This document shows, one piece after another, positions 1 to 13,031 of a stretch of DNA of 64,000 nucleotides. This stretch comes from Camelus ferus. Its lineage: Eukaryota. The translations under genes were made by a program, and so were the position numbers. The stretch lies in contig NC_045696.1 of the NCBI RefSeq assembly GCF_009834535.1, positions 97,156,001 through 97,220,000 of the forward strand, written 5' to 3'. The notes beneath the pieces are model-generated. The model was not told the origin of the DNA. It saw nothing but the letters and a program-made list of their open reading frames with translations, and did no database searches. The stretch's first letter is position 1, and each line of letters starts with the position of its first letter.

Positions 1-39
1 GGACAATGAATGCCCCTCACTCAAGGACAGGGAATAAAC

Positions 40-1260
40 AATTCACATCTCCAAACACCCTCCCTCTTCCTGCTACTTGAATTCCACCATTCTCTTCAAA
101 TCTCCACCACCATAATATGACGGAGGACATCCCTTCTGCTTTCATAGGCAAATCTCCCTAAATGCATTCTGGTTCCTCCCTCCACAGCTCTTCTAAGAAA
201 CCTCATGCTACTCAGCTCCTGCCCCTATTTGCTTATACGTTTTCAATCTGATTCTTGCAACTGGATCCTTCCTATCGTCAACTGTTAAGCGTGTCCCAAT
301 CATTCTTGACTAAATTCTTCCCCGTGTGACGATACAACAGGCACTGTTCTAGTCTCACCTCCTTGCTCATTCTTCCCACCAGACGTGTCCACATTTCCTC
401 TCTTGGTGGGCTCATCCTTGTTTCTTAGCCCTTTCTCATCTGGTTTCTGCCCCCCGCCCCCTCCTAATGTCTCCAGTGGACTCAGCTCCATGTGGCTAAA
501 CCCAGTGACTGCTCTTCAGTCCTTATTGTCCTTGACTTCTCAGGAGCATCTGACACACTTGTCCACCCCCTTCCTTGCCTCCTTTCCCCACTTAGAAGTT
601 AAACTTTTCGAAAACAGGCCTTGTCTGTCTTGTACCTGCTGGATCTACATCCTAGAACAGCCTGGCACATGGTAGGTTCTCATTAAATATTTATTCAATG
701 AACGAATGAGTCAATTGTGTAAATTCTCATCTCATTGTAGTACATGAAGAAAAGTACAACTGGAAAAGGACATATGATTGGGGGGGAGGTCTACCCTCAC
801 ATTAGGGAATAGCACAGGGGCGGGAAGGCGTCTCATTTCCGCACTCTCACTCTCTCCAACTTTTCTTTCCATCTCTCCAACCTATCCTTCCCAATCTCCT
901 TTGCCAGATGTGTTCCCCCTCTCTCACCCTGATGTGCCATTCCTCAGGAATTGTTCCAGGACCCCATTTTCTTCTCACCTTACAGCCCCTCTCTAGGTAA
1001 GGTAAGCAGTGCCCTCTACCATCTACATACCCATGTGACCTTTAGTTACACTAGTCCTTTCTTCTGAGCTCCAGACCCATTTATCCAGTATATCCCTGCC
1101 TGCTCAACATCTCTACCTGCATGTCCTGGAAGCACTCAAATGCAACATGTCCAAAATTAAGCAGACAAACTAGCACTTCCGCATTCCCCATATTTGCTTA
1201 TTTTCCATCATTCTTTGTCTCAGCAAGTGATGCCACATTCTGCCTAGTTACTCACGCTTC
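40..1260 (+). mobile_element. L2 LINE fragments (ancient)
   Basis: C/T-rich L2-like body; L2 3' end 'cctggcacatggtaggttctcattaaatatttattcaatgaacgaatga' at ~661-709; further L2-like sequence ~850-1260. Boundaries approximate. Confidence 0.7.
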
Positions 1261-1289
1261 CTTCCCCTCTAACCCTCCTCCCCAGAATT

Positions 1290-2700
1290 AGGAAGAGTGA
1301 TCTCAGGCATTGTCTGTTATAATAAATGGGATTCTGTCTCTCTTAGGCCCCTCATTCTTTTTTTCCCTATCTACTAGATATAGGTAAATCCCAATCATAG
1401 TACACATATACAACTTTCTTTTACATTTTTCTGTATCTGGAGTAATTAATTGCCTCTTTTTTTGTTGTTGTTGTCATTTCACTTGTTTACTGGCTAGGTC
1501 TTCCCATACCTCAAATAGCTCTAGAAATCATTTCTCAGTACAAAACGTTTTACTTTGTCAGACTTGTTACATTGTCCATCCAATCCATTTTTCTTCTAGG
1601 TATATTTCCTTTAGAGTCCTCTCTTCTCTCCTTCTCTTCTCTCCCTGTTCCCCTTATTCTTGGGCCCCATGTCTTCTTTTCTTGGTTTGCTCTCATTTTA
1701 ATGAAGCATTTCCTTTGGTAGCTTCTGGGAAGCATCAAAAGTAAATTTTTGAGACAACATGTCTGAAATGTCCTTAGTTTATCCTCATATAAAGGTACTA
1801 ATTTGCCTGAGTATAGAATTTCAGGTTGAAAATAATTTTCCATCAACATTTTGAACTTATTTTACTGTCTTTTATTTTTAAATGTTGTGGTTGAGAAGTC
1901 TGATGTCTGCTTTCCAGTTCTTGTAAGTGACATGCTTTCTCTCTGGAAGATTTTTAGCTCCTCCATTTAGCAGTGGGAAGATCCTAAATTTTGTGGTGGG
2001 CCTTGATATATATCTTTTCTTTTATTCATTTCTTAGGCCACTTCAATTTGAAAACTCGGGTCCTTCAGTTTTGATAAATTTTCCTATATTTTATATTATT
2101 TTTAGTTTTTAATATATAATTTCCCTTTCAGTTTTTTTTTTTTTTTTCTATTCTCTCTTTCTGGATTTAAAGTTTTATTTTATTTTGTTTTTTGTATCTT
2201 CTCTTTGTCCTCTAAGTTTTGGTTTCGTATTTAATTTTGATTTCTCCTTTTCACACCAGAGGCTTTCCTTTAAAGGCTGTCATCCTTGGATATTATAATT
2301 CAGCTTAAGCTGTTGGTTGGTGGGCTTTACTGTGGGGCAATTGTATGGCCATTTGCCTTTTTCATAGGGGCCCTCAAATGTCAATTTCTGGATATCTTTA
2401 TTCTGAGGTAGTTCAGTTTCTCCAGAGCAGATCCTCTGATCTCTTGCTTGGTGTGTTTATAAGTTTCCTCTGACTTCCTGGAGCAGGGGGTTGGGAATCT
2501 CTGAGATCTCACTTTTCAGTTAGCAGACTTGCATTTAATCCCTCACTTTCCCCAGTTCTATGCCTTGGGTCCCGAATACAGTACCCCTCTGGTTCAATTT
2601 CTTCATGGGCTCTGTCTCCTATCTCCCTGGGCTTGATGGAATGATAATATGTAAAGAGCACTGAAATGAATTTATCTGGGTAGAAATTTTGGAAGCTGAT
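1290..2700 (-). mobile_element. Old L1M/HAL1-like fragment with ORF1 remnant
   Basis: Minus-strand peptide 'ENYFQPEILYSGKLVPLYEDKLRTF' (ORF 1550..1849) resembles the L1 ORF1p C-terminal 'FQPRILYPAKLS' region; T-rich plus strand. Boundaries approximate. Confidence 0.6.
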
Positions 2701-3334
2701 CTTTCGAAGAGCGGACACTACCCCCTCAGAGAGAGATGGCTGGAGCGGCTGGACACTGGCAGGATTTTGCGGATTTCATGTCCTTCCGTTGCCTCAAGAT
2801 TTAGAGTGTCTTTACTAGTTCCTGTGCTCCTTTTGCCCATCGGTATTTTATGTCTGAGAGGAATCCAGCCCCAGTGGTATGGAAAATTTAGGTAACCTAA
2901 CTCTTAGACAATGACTTATCTGTGTCAGGCCTGCTCAGTGGGGCTCAGACAAACCTCCATTTTGTGCATTGTTGGGGCGAGGGGAGGTGGAGAAGTGGGA
3001 AAAGGGTGATGAAGAAAATGTAACGTTTGACTGAAAACATCTTTGTGGGATTGTGCCTTTGGCCAGTGTTCCTTGCCTGGTTTGCCTGATGTAAAGCTAC
3101 TGAGCAGTCATTGCCCATTTTAAAACTCACTGGATTTTGAAAGCTGTTCTTCATTCGGACAACAAAAGAAAGCATGGTGTCTCACTAAAGGGACTTCAGA
3201 ATTAGTCCAAAAGAAGATTTTGAAAAGATGTGGGAAAGGGAGCTGGTGATTCTTTTCACACTTGAAATGAAACCACTATTACTGTGCTATCCATTATAAT
3301 GCACACAAGTGACTTTAAAGTTCCTAACAGCCTC

Positions 3335-3560
3335 ATTAAAGAGGATTAAAAGAAACAGATGAAACTAATTTTAATAACATACTTTAAATCACTCTAGCCA
3401 AAACATTATCCCTTTAACATGTAATCGATATGTAAAGTCATTGAATTAGTTGAGTTAGGATGTGTTTTGCAGTGTGTGCTGCGTTCTTCCAGCATGTGTC
3501 AGTTGGGACTTGGCCACATTTCAAAGTGGCTAGTGGCTACTGTATTGGACAACACAGCTC
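3335..3560. mobile_element. MER33/MER3-like hAT-Charlie DNA transposon fragment
   Basis: 'ttaaaagaaacagatgaaactaattttaataa' ... 'gtggctagtggctactgtattggacaacacag' resembles the MER3/MER33 end. Confidence 0.65.
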
Positions 3561-4199
3561 TTAAATCATTCATTACCAATGAGAAGCAATGGGCTGTGAC
3601 TATAATCTGTAAGATTCCAGTGAAAAATTGGTTTCTCTGAGCCATTCAGATGCAAAGCTGGCATGTTTGTCAACAAGCATAGTTGAGCTGAGACAACTCT
3701 GGGCCTGCAGGGCATAGGCCCTGGGGCCACTGAGTGGAGACAGGCTTTCTGCCCAAGGGGCCAGTGCCTGTCAGCTAGGAAGTCCTGGGCTTTTTCCTTT
3801 CCTGGGGCATCCAGTATTTTTCCTCACTTTACAAATTAAAGATTTTTATTTTTCCTATTTCCAAAGTGTCCTGTGTAACAACTAAGATGTATTTTATGAG
3901 CCTCTTCGGAACTTCTGGAATTCAGGTGGAATTCCATGGATGGTGAGATGATAAGCAGAACAGAGTGGACTCCGGCTGCCCGCTGGGGTGGGTGGGCCTG
4001 GGTCCGGTTACAACTAATTCCTGCATTAACTGAACAAGCATGCATTCAAATAATATGCTCCTTTGCCTCACAATACATTAGGCTTCTTGGGATCCCAAAT
4101 GTATTATCAAGATGGCCTAATTTATTCTCACTTTGAAGATCGGTTGTTTGGGTTGGTAAACATGCCATTTTATCTGAGTCGGCTTCCTTCCATGAGGTG

Positions 4200-4860
4200 T
4201 TGCTTATTCCTCCTAAGAGAGACCTGGCCGGGCAGAAGCGTGGGGCTGCCCCCTCCCTAGGCAGACCAGTTGGGGGGGGGCCCTCCGCCCCCCCCCCCCG
4301 TTCCAGGTTCTGAGACCAGACCACCTTTGCGTCCTGTGCTGCTCCACCCGCCGTGCTCCCTGCACACGGCCCGAGAGGCATCCATGAGGACGGACATGCA
4401 CACAGAATTCCTGCCTGACTTTCAGATGAGCAACGTTGTTTTTTTCTGTCCGCGTGAAAGATGGCACCTTGAAATTTTCCAGTCCTGGCCGACTCTTCAG
4501 ACAAACGACCTACTTAACGTCAGCGCGCCAGCTCAGGCCGAGGCACCCCCTGCACCGGGTCCGCCTGACTCCCAGCCGCCCTCGTCAACAAGCCGCTCAC
4601 ACTTCTAAAAAAGTGACATTTTAGCAGTCTGTTTATAAAACTGCCAAAGGAACATTTATCATGAGGTGCAAACAGAAGAGGCACTGGAGAGAAATGTTTT
4701 TCACCAGGTTTTCCAGAACCCTGTCACCTGCCTCCTGGACACCTCTTGTTTCCCCGAGCAGCCTTGCAAATAGCAGAACACGATTCAGCAGAACAGGGGC
4801 CCCCGAAGGCAGGTACATGCTGTGTGAACGCTCAGGCCGCGGAGTCTTGGACGGTTAGAT
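4200..4860. promoter_or_regulatory. CpG-enriched, non-repetitive patch (candidate promoter/enhancer)
   Basis: Visibly more CpG than flanks; G9 run (4272-4280) and C12 run (4288-4299) around a GC box CCGCCC; half-CRE 'acgtca' at ~4518. Confidence 0.4.
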
Positions 4861-6497
4861 GTATCAGAATTCACCACAACTGCGTCCAAGGGATTATTAA
4901 AAGAATATGCTGAGGGGAAATTTTTCTGATTACAGCAGGAGTCCAAGAGGTTAAAAAATTGCTGACTGGAGCTGCCCCTAGCATCGTGTTACATCTTGAC
5001 AGGCCGCCCATGTTGGAAAACAAGTAAGCACTTTCTTCTATAAGACGGAGATAAATCAATGATTCTCCTGGTGTCACTGAAGCACAGACTTCAGAGTTTT
5101 ACATGGTTTCCTCTAGTGACTTATCCAACTTGCTGTCTGCCAACTTGTTTGAACCCCTTTGGGGAAATACCAGAATCAGAAGTTAATGTCCTGACTAGAA
5201 GCTTCCATCAGAACATTACTCATTTAACTGAGAAAACCTGAAAATAATCAGTAAGATCTGGCTGCTGCCATTGATGCCCAACCAATCTGGAGCCGCTGCC
5301 TTATTCCTCCAGGGGTCACCGGCCAGCCCACCCATGACACACGGGCTACCAGGGAAATAAACTCTGATCCACCACCTTGTCTGCGTTGTACTGTTCAAGC
5401 TCAGGAGGGAGCAGAGTGACAAGAGGTTCTGGGCACCAGAGGATCCCTCAACACTAACCTCAGTAAAATGTTCATGGAGGAGGTACAGACCTGATCCACA
5501 TCAGATCCAAACAGATCAGATCCAGCTTCCGCCGGACTGGATGCCACCCAGTCTCCCTCCAGATTTCCTCTTTCCCACCCTCCTTCCTTTTCTCCTCTCT
5601 TCTCTTTCTCTCTCTCTCTCTCTCCTCTCCATTTTTGTCTTCCTCTCTCTCTCAACCAGCGAATGACGTCAGACAAATTTCATGGTGTCCTGGGGAGGAA
5701 GGGAGAGGAACACCTTGGCCTCTATTAATTAAAAGCATTTTGGAGGAGCCCCTTTGTGGCTGGGGCTGGAGGTGGGGAAGAGGCTGGAGTAAGTCCTACA
5801 CTGACATATCTGTTTACGGGACTGCTTCTTTCCTAGGCTGTGGGCATCTTGAAGGCAAGATCTATGTCTTAAGGTCCTCTTTTGAAACAGTGAATATGAA
5901 ATAAATACATGCTTGTTATAGAAAAGTTGAAAAATATAAAAAGATCGTTTTATATAGCTTTTAGACTAGTATTTGGAACGTAACAGGCACTCAGTAAAGC
6001 TGTGTTGAATGAAAGGAAGCAGAGGAGAAGTTCAGGACATGGATAACTGCGACATCCATCTCCTTATTAAAATGTACATAATTCAGCAGAGCCGCGTGGG
6101 GGCCATGAGTCATGAGGTGCCAGAGCCCAGAGCTGTTCAGTGTGGGGCTCAGGCTCACAGGCTGCCTGGGGCTCTGGTGGCCGCCCTGCCCTGGGTCTCA
6201 GGAGTTTATCGGGAGGTACAAAGGGAATTGATCAGAGTGCAGGGAACTGGGATTACTTCGCCTGGAGAGGAGAAGCCTTGAGAACAACTTAAAAATGAGT
6301 ATGGCAATGTTATTTCTATTATAAAAAGTAGTGAATGTTTATGAGAGACAAATTGGAAAATATAAACAAATCCCCTGGAGTTTCAGGTTGTTGATATTTT
6401 GGCACAGTCCCCCCCAAGTACAATTTCTAGTCACACATTTTTGTCATTTGTTCTTTTCCATTGTTGGGATCATGTTTATCCATGAAGAGTCATGATC

Positions 6498-7167
6498 TGT
6501 CGTCGGTGGTGATAAAACCCATGTGGTGGGTCTAACTAGCATTGAAAGAGACCCAGTGGAAATGCATATAAAATGTCAAAATGCATTGCAGCCAGTGTTG
6601 GCAAGCATTGTTTTCTGCAACCTTTGTGTCAGCAATAAATATATGTACAAGGTGTCCCGGGTCAAGATGCTAAATGTACTATGGACAAAGAGGGTTGCCT
6701 GCCATTCCAGTAAACAACGAAGGTTGACTGCCATCAAACCATCAGTCACAGCAGCCACCCTCCCACCCCCACCCCCAACCACGGTGTGCCTTGACAGAAA
6801 TTCAGGATGGGGAAGATCAGGACACTGGCCCTAGATAGTTAAGATGCATATCAAGGCAATAATTTTAAAAAGCCCAGACACTTGCATCCTGCCATACGTA
6901 GAAGAGCACTAAAATCATTAACTTGAGATGTCTGGTTTTTTTTGTGATTAGCAGTAATCTTTCAATATTCAACTGCGTGTGGTTTTTTGTTTCTATTTTC
7001 ATTTTTTTCAGCAAAAACTTTTATATATCCTGTCTCCTCCCTTACCTCTTTGGACCACGTCCTCTGAGCTGTCTGAGAGGCTGCCCCCAGCCTATAGTTC
7101 TCAGTAAGGGCCCTGAATAAAACGTAACTCTCAACTTTTAGATCATGCATTTTTTTTTCAATCGGCA
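6498..7167 (+). mobile_element. ERV1-class solo LTR (MER41-like)
   Basis: TATA-like 'tatatat', AATAAA at ~7116, typical end 'aactctcaacttttagatcatgcattttttttcaatcggca'. 5' boundary uncertain; no clean TSD seen. Confidence 0.7.
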
Positions 7168-7887
7168 ACTCTTTATTCTGAGTTGTGGTCAAAAGGTTTG
7201 AACAATACATTACAATATTACTTTCTGCTTGTTCCACTGCCCAATTTACTAGAAAAACAGTTCTATGTTATTGCATATTAGTGGAAACATCACTGTAATT
7301 AGTAGTCTAATATGTCATCAAGTGGATGTACTGTAATTTACCTAATTTTTCTCCTGTTGGGCATTTAAGTCACTTAACTATTATAAATATTATGTAAATA
7401 AAAATATTTTGGCATAGGTGTTTTTTCTACTTTTAAAATTAGACTCCCAGAAGTGAAACGATTATATTAAAGGGTATGAATTTTCATGCATAGCAGAGAT
7501 GAAATGTAATAGACTGCATAACTGAGAAATGCAGTTTGTAAATGTCTTTACTTTCTATAACTGAACTTAACCAGCCCCCAGTTCCCTGTTTCTCCTCATA
7601 AGCAGGAAACTTAATCACACCATTTCAAGGCGAGGTAGTTCCTCTAGTTTAAAATCCTGTGTGTCCTTAGTAACTACTCCGTCAGTTTAGGATTTTTATT
7701 CCTCCCTACAGTCCAGGTGCAGCCCCCAGCAAAGTGCAAATCAGGCCCACAGTTGTCTGCTGGCCTTGTTGACCTCCCTTGAGATGTAACTGCTCCCACT
7801 AGCTTTTGAGCATCACCGTGTTTCTGCTGCATATACTGTGCATGACCTCGGCCAGTCGGTCCACACGCTCTGCCTCTTCTAGTCCAG

Positions 7888-8458
7888 CTGTTACCAAATT
7901 GGGCAAGTGGGCCCACCCATGTCAGGGTCCTAGTCCAGACTGAGACCCCCTGTCTCGTCCAGGGAGGTTCTATTCCAATCAGATTCATGCAGCCGGTAAT
8001 GAAATGGATGCTACAACTGGAACAGCACAGTCTTTATTCAATGGCCAAAGGATGGAGAAGTGGGAACTCGGTTTGCAAATCAACTTCTCACCAATTCAGG
8101 TGGAGAAACCAAATATATAGGAGGGTGGAGGTAAAGGGGAGGGGACGAGAAAGAGTGGGAGGAATATGCATGAGTTATCTGAGAACAGGAGAGTGGTTTG
8201 GACCCAGAGCTGATGCAGCTCTACTTTTCAGTCCTTGTATGGGCTTTTCCAGTAGTTGTCATGGCCATCGTCAACCGTCTTGGTGCTGGTGGTTGTGTCA
8301 TTTAGCATGCTAATGTATTACAGTGGGTGTTTAGTGAGGCTCAAGGTCCACTGGAAGTCAAAGCCTCTGCCATCATGGACCCAATGGTTCTAACTGGTTC
8401 TTATTCTTTTCTCCTTGTAGCTTCCTTCTGAAACTTAGATAAAAGTAATTGGTTTCTA
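7888..8458 (-). mobile_element. ERV1-class solo LTR
   Basis: Begins 'tgttaccaa'; reverse AATAAA ('ctttattc' ~8032); LTR-like 'gtgtcatttagcatgctaatgtattac'. Right boundary approximate. Confidence 0.6.
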
Positions 8459-8734
8459 TTTGAGGGAGGGGCAGAGGAATGATCCTGGGGGCAAGGCAAC
8501 AGCTTTAGCAACACAACCAAGAAGTATCTCCCAGTCTTCCTGCCTTATCTGCATGGCAGCTTCCCCATCCCCTCCCCATCCCATCCCAGGAGCTTGGAAA
8601 TGCTCAGCTCTTTCCCCTGAACCAGCGGGGTGTGCAGGGTGCTGAGATGTGCCCCACAGGTTCCTCTGCCTCGATGCCTCCCCAGCCATTGCCATGCCAA
8701 CACTTTGTCAGGCAGTTTAGATAGAAATGAGCAC

Positions 8735-9198
8735 TGGGCATGGGGAGAGGGAGGGGAAAGGAACAACCCAGAAAATAACAGTACATCTGCACTCAGGATA
8801 AGGGACTCCAGAAACTTTTCCTTTCTCTAAATGAGAGCCAGCAAAAGAAGCCAGTTAAAAATCAAAACCCTGCAGCTGTGTGTAAGAGAAGGCCCTGGTA
8901 TAACTTGACCCAATGAAACTGCCCAAAAGGGGATGGGCGTGCCAGAGTGCAGGGAACCTGAGTTGTCAATCAATCACAAAACCAGGATATAAAAACAGGA
9001 AAAACAAAGGGAGGGCGCCATTTTTCCTGTCTTGGGTTGGCCCGCCCCCAGTTCTCAGGAGTGTGCTATCTTTTACTATTTTTTTTACTTCACTAATAAA
9101 AATCTTGTTTATATCACGCTTTTTGTCTCTCGCCAAAAATTCCTTTTTTTCGGGTGACTAAGAACCAAGGTAAATCTCATTTCCCTTTTCCCATAACA
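8735..9198 (+). mobile_element. Solo LTR (ERV1-like)
   Basis: 'gatataaaa' TATA at ~8987, AATAAA at ~9095, terminus 'cccataaca'. 5' boundary approximate. Confidence 0.6.
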
Positions 9199-9299
9199 AC
9201 TTCAGTGCCGTGCTCTAGTCCCAGCGTCTTCTGGGAAGCCAGGCAACGGTAGCCTCTGCTCTGGGATCCTTCTAAGTTTACTGGGGAGGTTTTCATTAT

Positions 9300-9695
9300 C
9301 TCAGCCCATCCAGCCACAGACTGTGCCACTTGGATCTCCCTTCTAGAAAGAAACCTGCCATTCAGATGCAAAAATATCTTAGGCTGCAACTATTTGTCCC
9401 TTCAGGCTCTTTCTTAGCTTTTGAGCTGAGGCCACACTGTTTCTAGGCAAAGCCCAGCCAGTACCTGAGCACAGTAGGGAACTCAGGCCTGGCCATTTCT
9501 GTCCAACACCTCTAAGGGGCAATCTTTGCTCCAGAGATCCCCTTGGACGGGCAGTGACTTTGCCAGATTTGCATTGCAGTCTGAGGCCCTCCCTGCCTGG
9601 TCCTTCCCCTTTTGTCTTTCACAGGTGCTGCCTCTCCCCAGTCCCCTACCCCCCACACACTCCTAACTCCATCCTAAGGGCCCAACCGGCACAAA
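9300..9695 (+). mobile_element. LTR16-like ERVL LTR
   Basis: 'gcccagccagtacctgagcacagtaggg...ggcctggccatttctgtccaac...ttgctccagag' resembles LTR16. Confidence 0.5.
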
Positions 9696-10715
9696 GCTCC
9701 TTCCTTCTTCCCAGAAACCATCAGTAGCTAAACCCTAATCACTTCCTTCCCTTACCACTAGTCTAACCTGTATTTCCCTTGAGTGAGAAAATGGACTTGG
9801 CATCATCATCCCTTTCTATAGCATAAATTCCTGCTTCTGGTACTCCAGGGCCCTCACCTTAGAGACCATCACTGCCTGCTGGGCAGGTACTGGACACCTT
9901 CCCCATCATCTCACGTGGAATCCTCAGAACCACCATTCCTATTTTACAGATGCAGAAAGTGAGATTTAAAGACACTGAGTGTCTTTGCAGGTCATTCTCG
10001 AAAGCAAGTGCAAAATGAAGTACAGAGGACCCAGCTAGAAGGAAAGGGCTATGATCTATGATTTTCCCTTTCTTTCTTTCTTTCTTCTTTTTTTTTTTTT
10101 ATTTTGCCTGCACTTACTTAACTTTTACTGACTTTTGGTGTGTAACTTACATGACTGTTACTTCTCATAGTAAGAAAAAATTAATGTCTCAAACTTCAGG
10201 GAGACAGGCAAGCTCTTGATTGTATACTCCTTCAGGACAGCTCAGAATTTACTGATTATGAAAGGCTTCAGGGAAGTGTTAATCATCATAATAACTTTGA
10301 TACAAAATCTGGGAAATGGGGTTTACAAACAACATAAAGAAGGAGTTTAATCTGTGTTTGAATTAATGAACGAATGAATTATAGGATGTAGGACATTTAA
10401 CAGCACAGGGGTAAAAACCCCTAAGGTATTCGTTCATCTGGCTCAGTATCTATGGCTTCTCCAACTATAAGATGAGACTGCAGGTGACAGACTGAGATGT
10501 GCTAGATTTAAGTGAAACCCCAAGGAATTGAACAAAACAGGTTCTTTTGCAGAGATGACCCGTCAGTTGCAGATGAAACTGGAGGAAAACAGAGCAGACA
10601 TCATGGCCTGGAAGTTGGAGCTGTCATTCCACAGGTGGAAGCAGATCTCCAGGCTCTGCCCACCTCAGCTGTTCACTGTCTAAGCAGCTCTAAGCTGGTG
10701 ACGTGCTTCTAGGAT

Positions 10716-10880
10716 GGTGCTTCTCAAAATCCAATGTGCATATAAATCAAAGGGCATCTTGTTAAAATGCAGGTTCTAATTCAGTAGTTCTGAGTGAGAT
10801 CTGAGACTCCACATTTTTAATAAGCTCCTAGGTGATGCTATGGATGCTGCTGGTCCATGGACCACACTTTGAGTCCCAAT
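10716..10880. mobile_element. MER5-type hAT MITE
   Basis: 'gtgcttctcaaa...cttgttaaaatgcaggttctaattcagtag...ggtccatggaccacactttgag'. Similar MER5 copies at ~39800-39945, ~45897-46060 and ~48571-48718. Confidence 0.75.
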
Positions 10881-10977
10881 GACTTAGGAAATGATCAGAG
10901 AGCTCCATGTGCAATGCCAGATGCACAGACACTCTTCTGATAATTTATTCTCTCCCCCATCGCCAGCCTACACTTTC

Positions 10978-11495
10978 CTTTTTTAAAAATTTTATTGAAA
11001 TATATTTGATTTATAATGTGTTAGTTTCTGGGGTACAGCACAGTGATTCTATTATATACATATACATTTTTTTTGTATTCTTTTTTCATTCTGGGTTATT
11101 ATAATGAATTTTATTATTATTATTATAATGACTTATATTATAAACTATATTATATGAATATAGTTCCTGTGCTCTGCAGTAGGGCTTTGTTGTTTATCTA
11201 TTTTATATACAGTAGTTTGTATCTGCTAATCCCAGACTCCTAATTTATCCCTCCCCCAGCTTTACCCTTTGGCAACCATAAGTTTGTTTTCTATGTCTGT
11301 GAGTCTATTTCTATTTTGTAAGTAAGTTCAATTGTGTCATTTTTAAAGATTCCATGTATAAATGATAACATATGATAGTTGTCTTTCTCTGACTTACCTC
11401 ACTAAGTATGATAATCTCTAGGTCCATCCATATTGCTGCAAATTACATTATTTCATTCTTTTTTCATTCTTTTTTATGGCAGAGTGGTATTCCAT

Positions 11496-11530
<35 letters not shown>

Positions 11531-11700
11531 GTGTGTGTGATTATGTATATATATACACACACACAAACCTACATACCACAACTTCTTTATCCAGTCATCT
11601 GCCAATGGACATTTAGGTTGCCTCCATGTCCTGCTATGAACACTGAGGTACATGTATCTTTTTGAATTAGCGGTTTCTCCAGATATTTGCCCAGGAGTGC
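10978..11700 (-). mobile_element. 5'-truncated L1 3' end (artiodactyl type)
   Basis: T-tail at left, reverse L1 3'UTR and ORF2 end; imperfect TSD ccagcctacactttc (10963-10977) / ccagctcacactttc (11701-11715); internal (TA)n. Confidence 0.9.
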
Positions 11701-12055
11701 CCAGCTCACACTTTCAAAGATTCCTGTAGGAATACAAGTGTAGCCAGCAATATGCTCTTTAGATTTTCTTACTGAGATAAGTTATCAAGAAGTAAACATA
11801 AGCCAATCATAGCTTCCTGCAGCTTTGTTTCTGTTAAGCCATCATCTCTTCCAGCCTAAGACAAAGACTGCCCCAAGTGAGGGTTGTGTGCCACTAAGAT
11901 GATTTTAGTTGATGGGTGGATACACATGGCATTTGATGACCTTGAATCCGTAGGAGTATTATTCCCTTTTTAGCTCTCTTTCAATCCTCCTGATCACATC
12001 CAGGAGAAAGTCTCTGGTGGGTGCTAGTATATCTTTAAACACTTGCTTCTTTCCC

Positions 12056-12665
12056 TGTATTAGGGTGTGATTGGTTGCTAAAAATGGAAAACCCAACTCA
12101 GGTTGTTCTCAATAACTGAAATAGCTAATGAATATAGTTCCTGTGCTATGCAGTAGGACCTTGTTGTTTACCTATTTTATATGTAGCAGTTTGTATCTGC
12201 TAATCCCAGACTCCTGATTTATCCCTCCCCCAACTTGAAATAGCCTAGAGGGCAGGAGGGAGGGGATCTGGCTGGTCTGCTCAGCTGGCCCTGGGGCCTC
12301 TGGGACGCTGGCCTCGCTCTTGGGCTTCCCTTGGCTGGGGCAGGGCCAGGCCTGGCATTTGTACCCTACATTGGCCCCCAGTCAACATCCAGAGGAAGAG
12401 ATGCATTCTCTTTCAGGGAATCTCGAAAGAGAGGAAATCTTTTTCCCCAAAAACCTCCAGGGAATGTCCTCATGTTTCCTTAGCACCAATTGGCTCACGT
12501 GGCCTTTTCTGAACAATCCCAATGGCCAAGAGTAGCCCTAAACTTGAGGTCTATGTCTGTGGCAAGGGGCCTGTGTCTTAAGTGGTTAAAACAAGATTCT
12601 CCACTCCCTGGTTAACAAAAAGAGAGCAGGCATCTATCTGGATACCTTTAAGCAAACAACAGTGT
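12056..12665 (-). mobile_element. Old MaLR (MLT1-type) LTR interrupted by a short L1 piece, itself inside a Charlie-like element
   Basis: 'tgtattagggtgtgattggttgctaaaaatggaaaacccaactca' start; 'gcaccaattggctcacgtggcc' internal motif. Boundaries approximate. Confidence 0.5.
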
Positions 12666-13031
12666 CTGGCTTAATTTGAATAATATAGGGGTGTTTGTCC
12701 CCCCCCCCCCCACTTCTTTTGATGGTAAATGATACTGATTTTCTATTTACAGCTGTAATAAGAAATTTTGCTTTTAAATATCTTTCAGCTTAAAATGCAA
12801 TTTAATCTAAGAAAAATTTAATTAAAGACTAGGACACAAGATACCTCCATGAATGTGCTAAAAATTATGAAAGTGATAAGAAAATGAGAAGTTTGAGAAA
12901 CACGACCAAGCTTTCCCTTCCCAGCCAGCAGGGATTTGGGCCTTCTAAATAAAGAAGTTTCCATCTAAGAGACATCACCAGCTGGTTGGTTCCTGTGGTT
13001 GTAGCCTGATGGCTTCTCAACCCCAGCTGGA

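Noticed and set aside
4046..4608. 152-aa and 112-aa ORFs on opposite strands
   Set aside because: No recognisable homology, non-ATG starts, and they cross long G/C homopolymers; no supporting exon structure.
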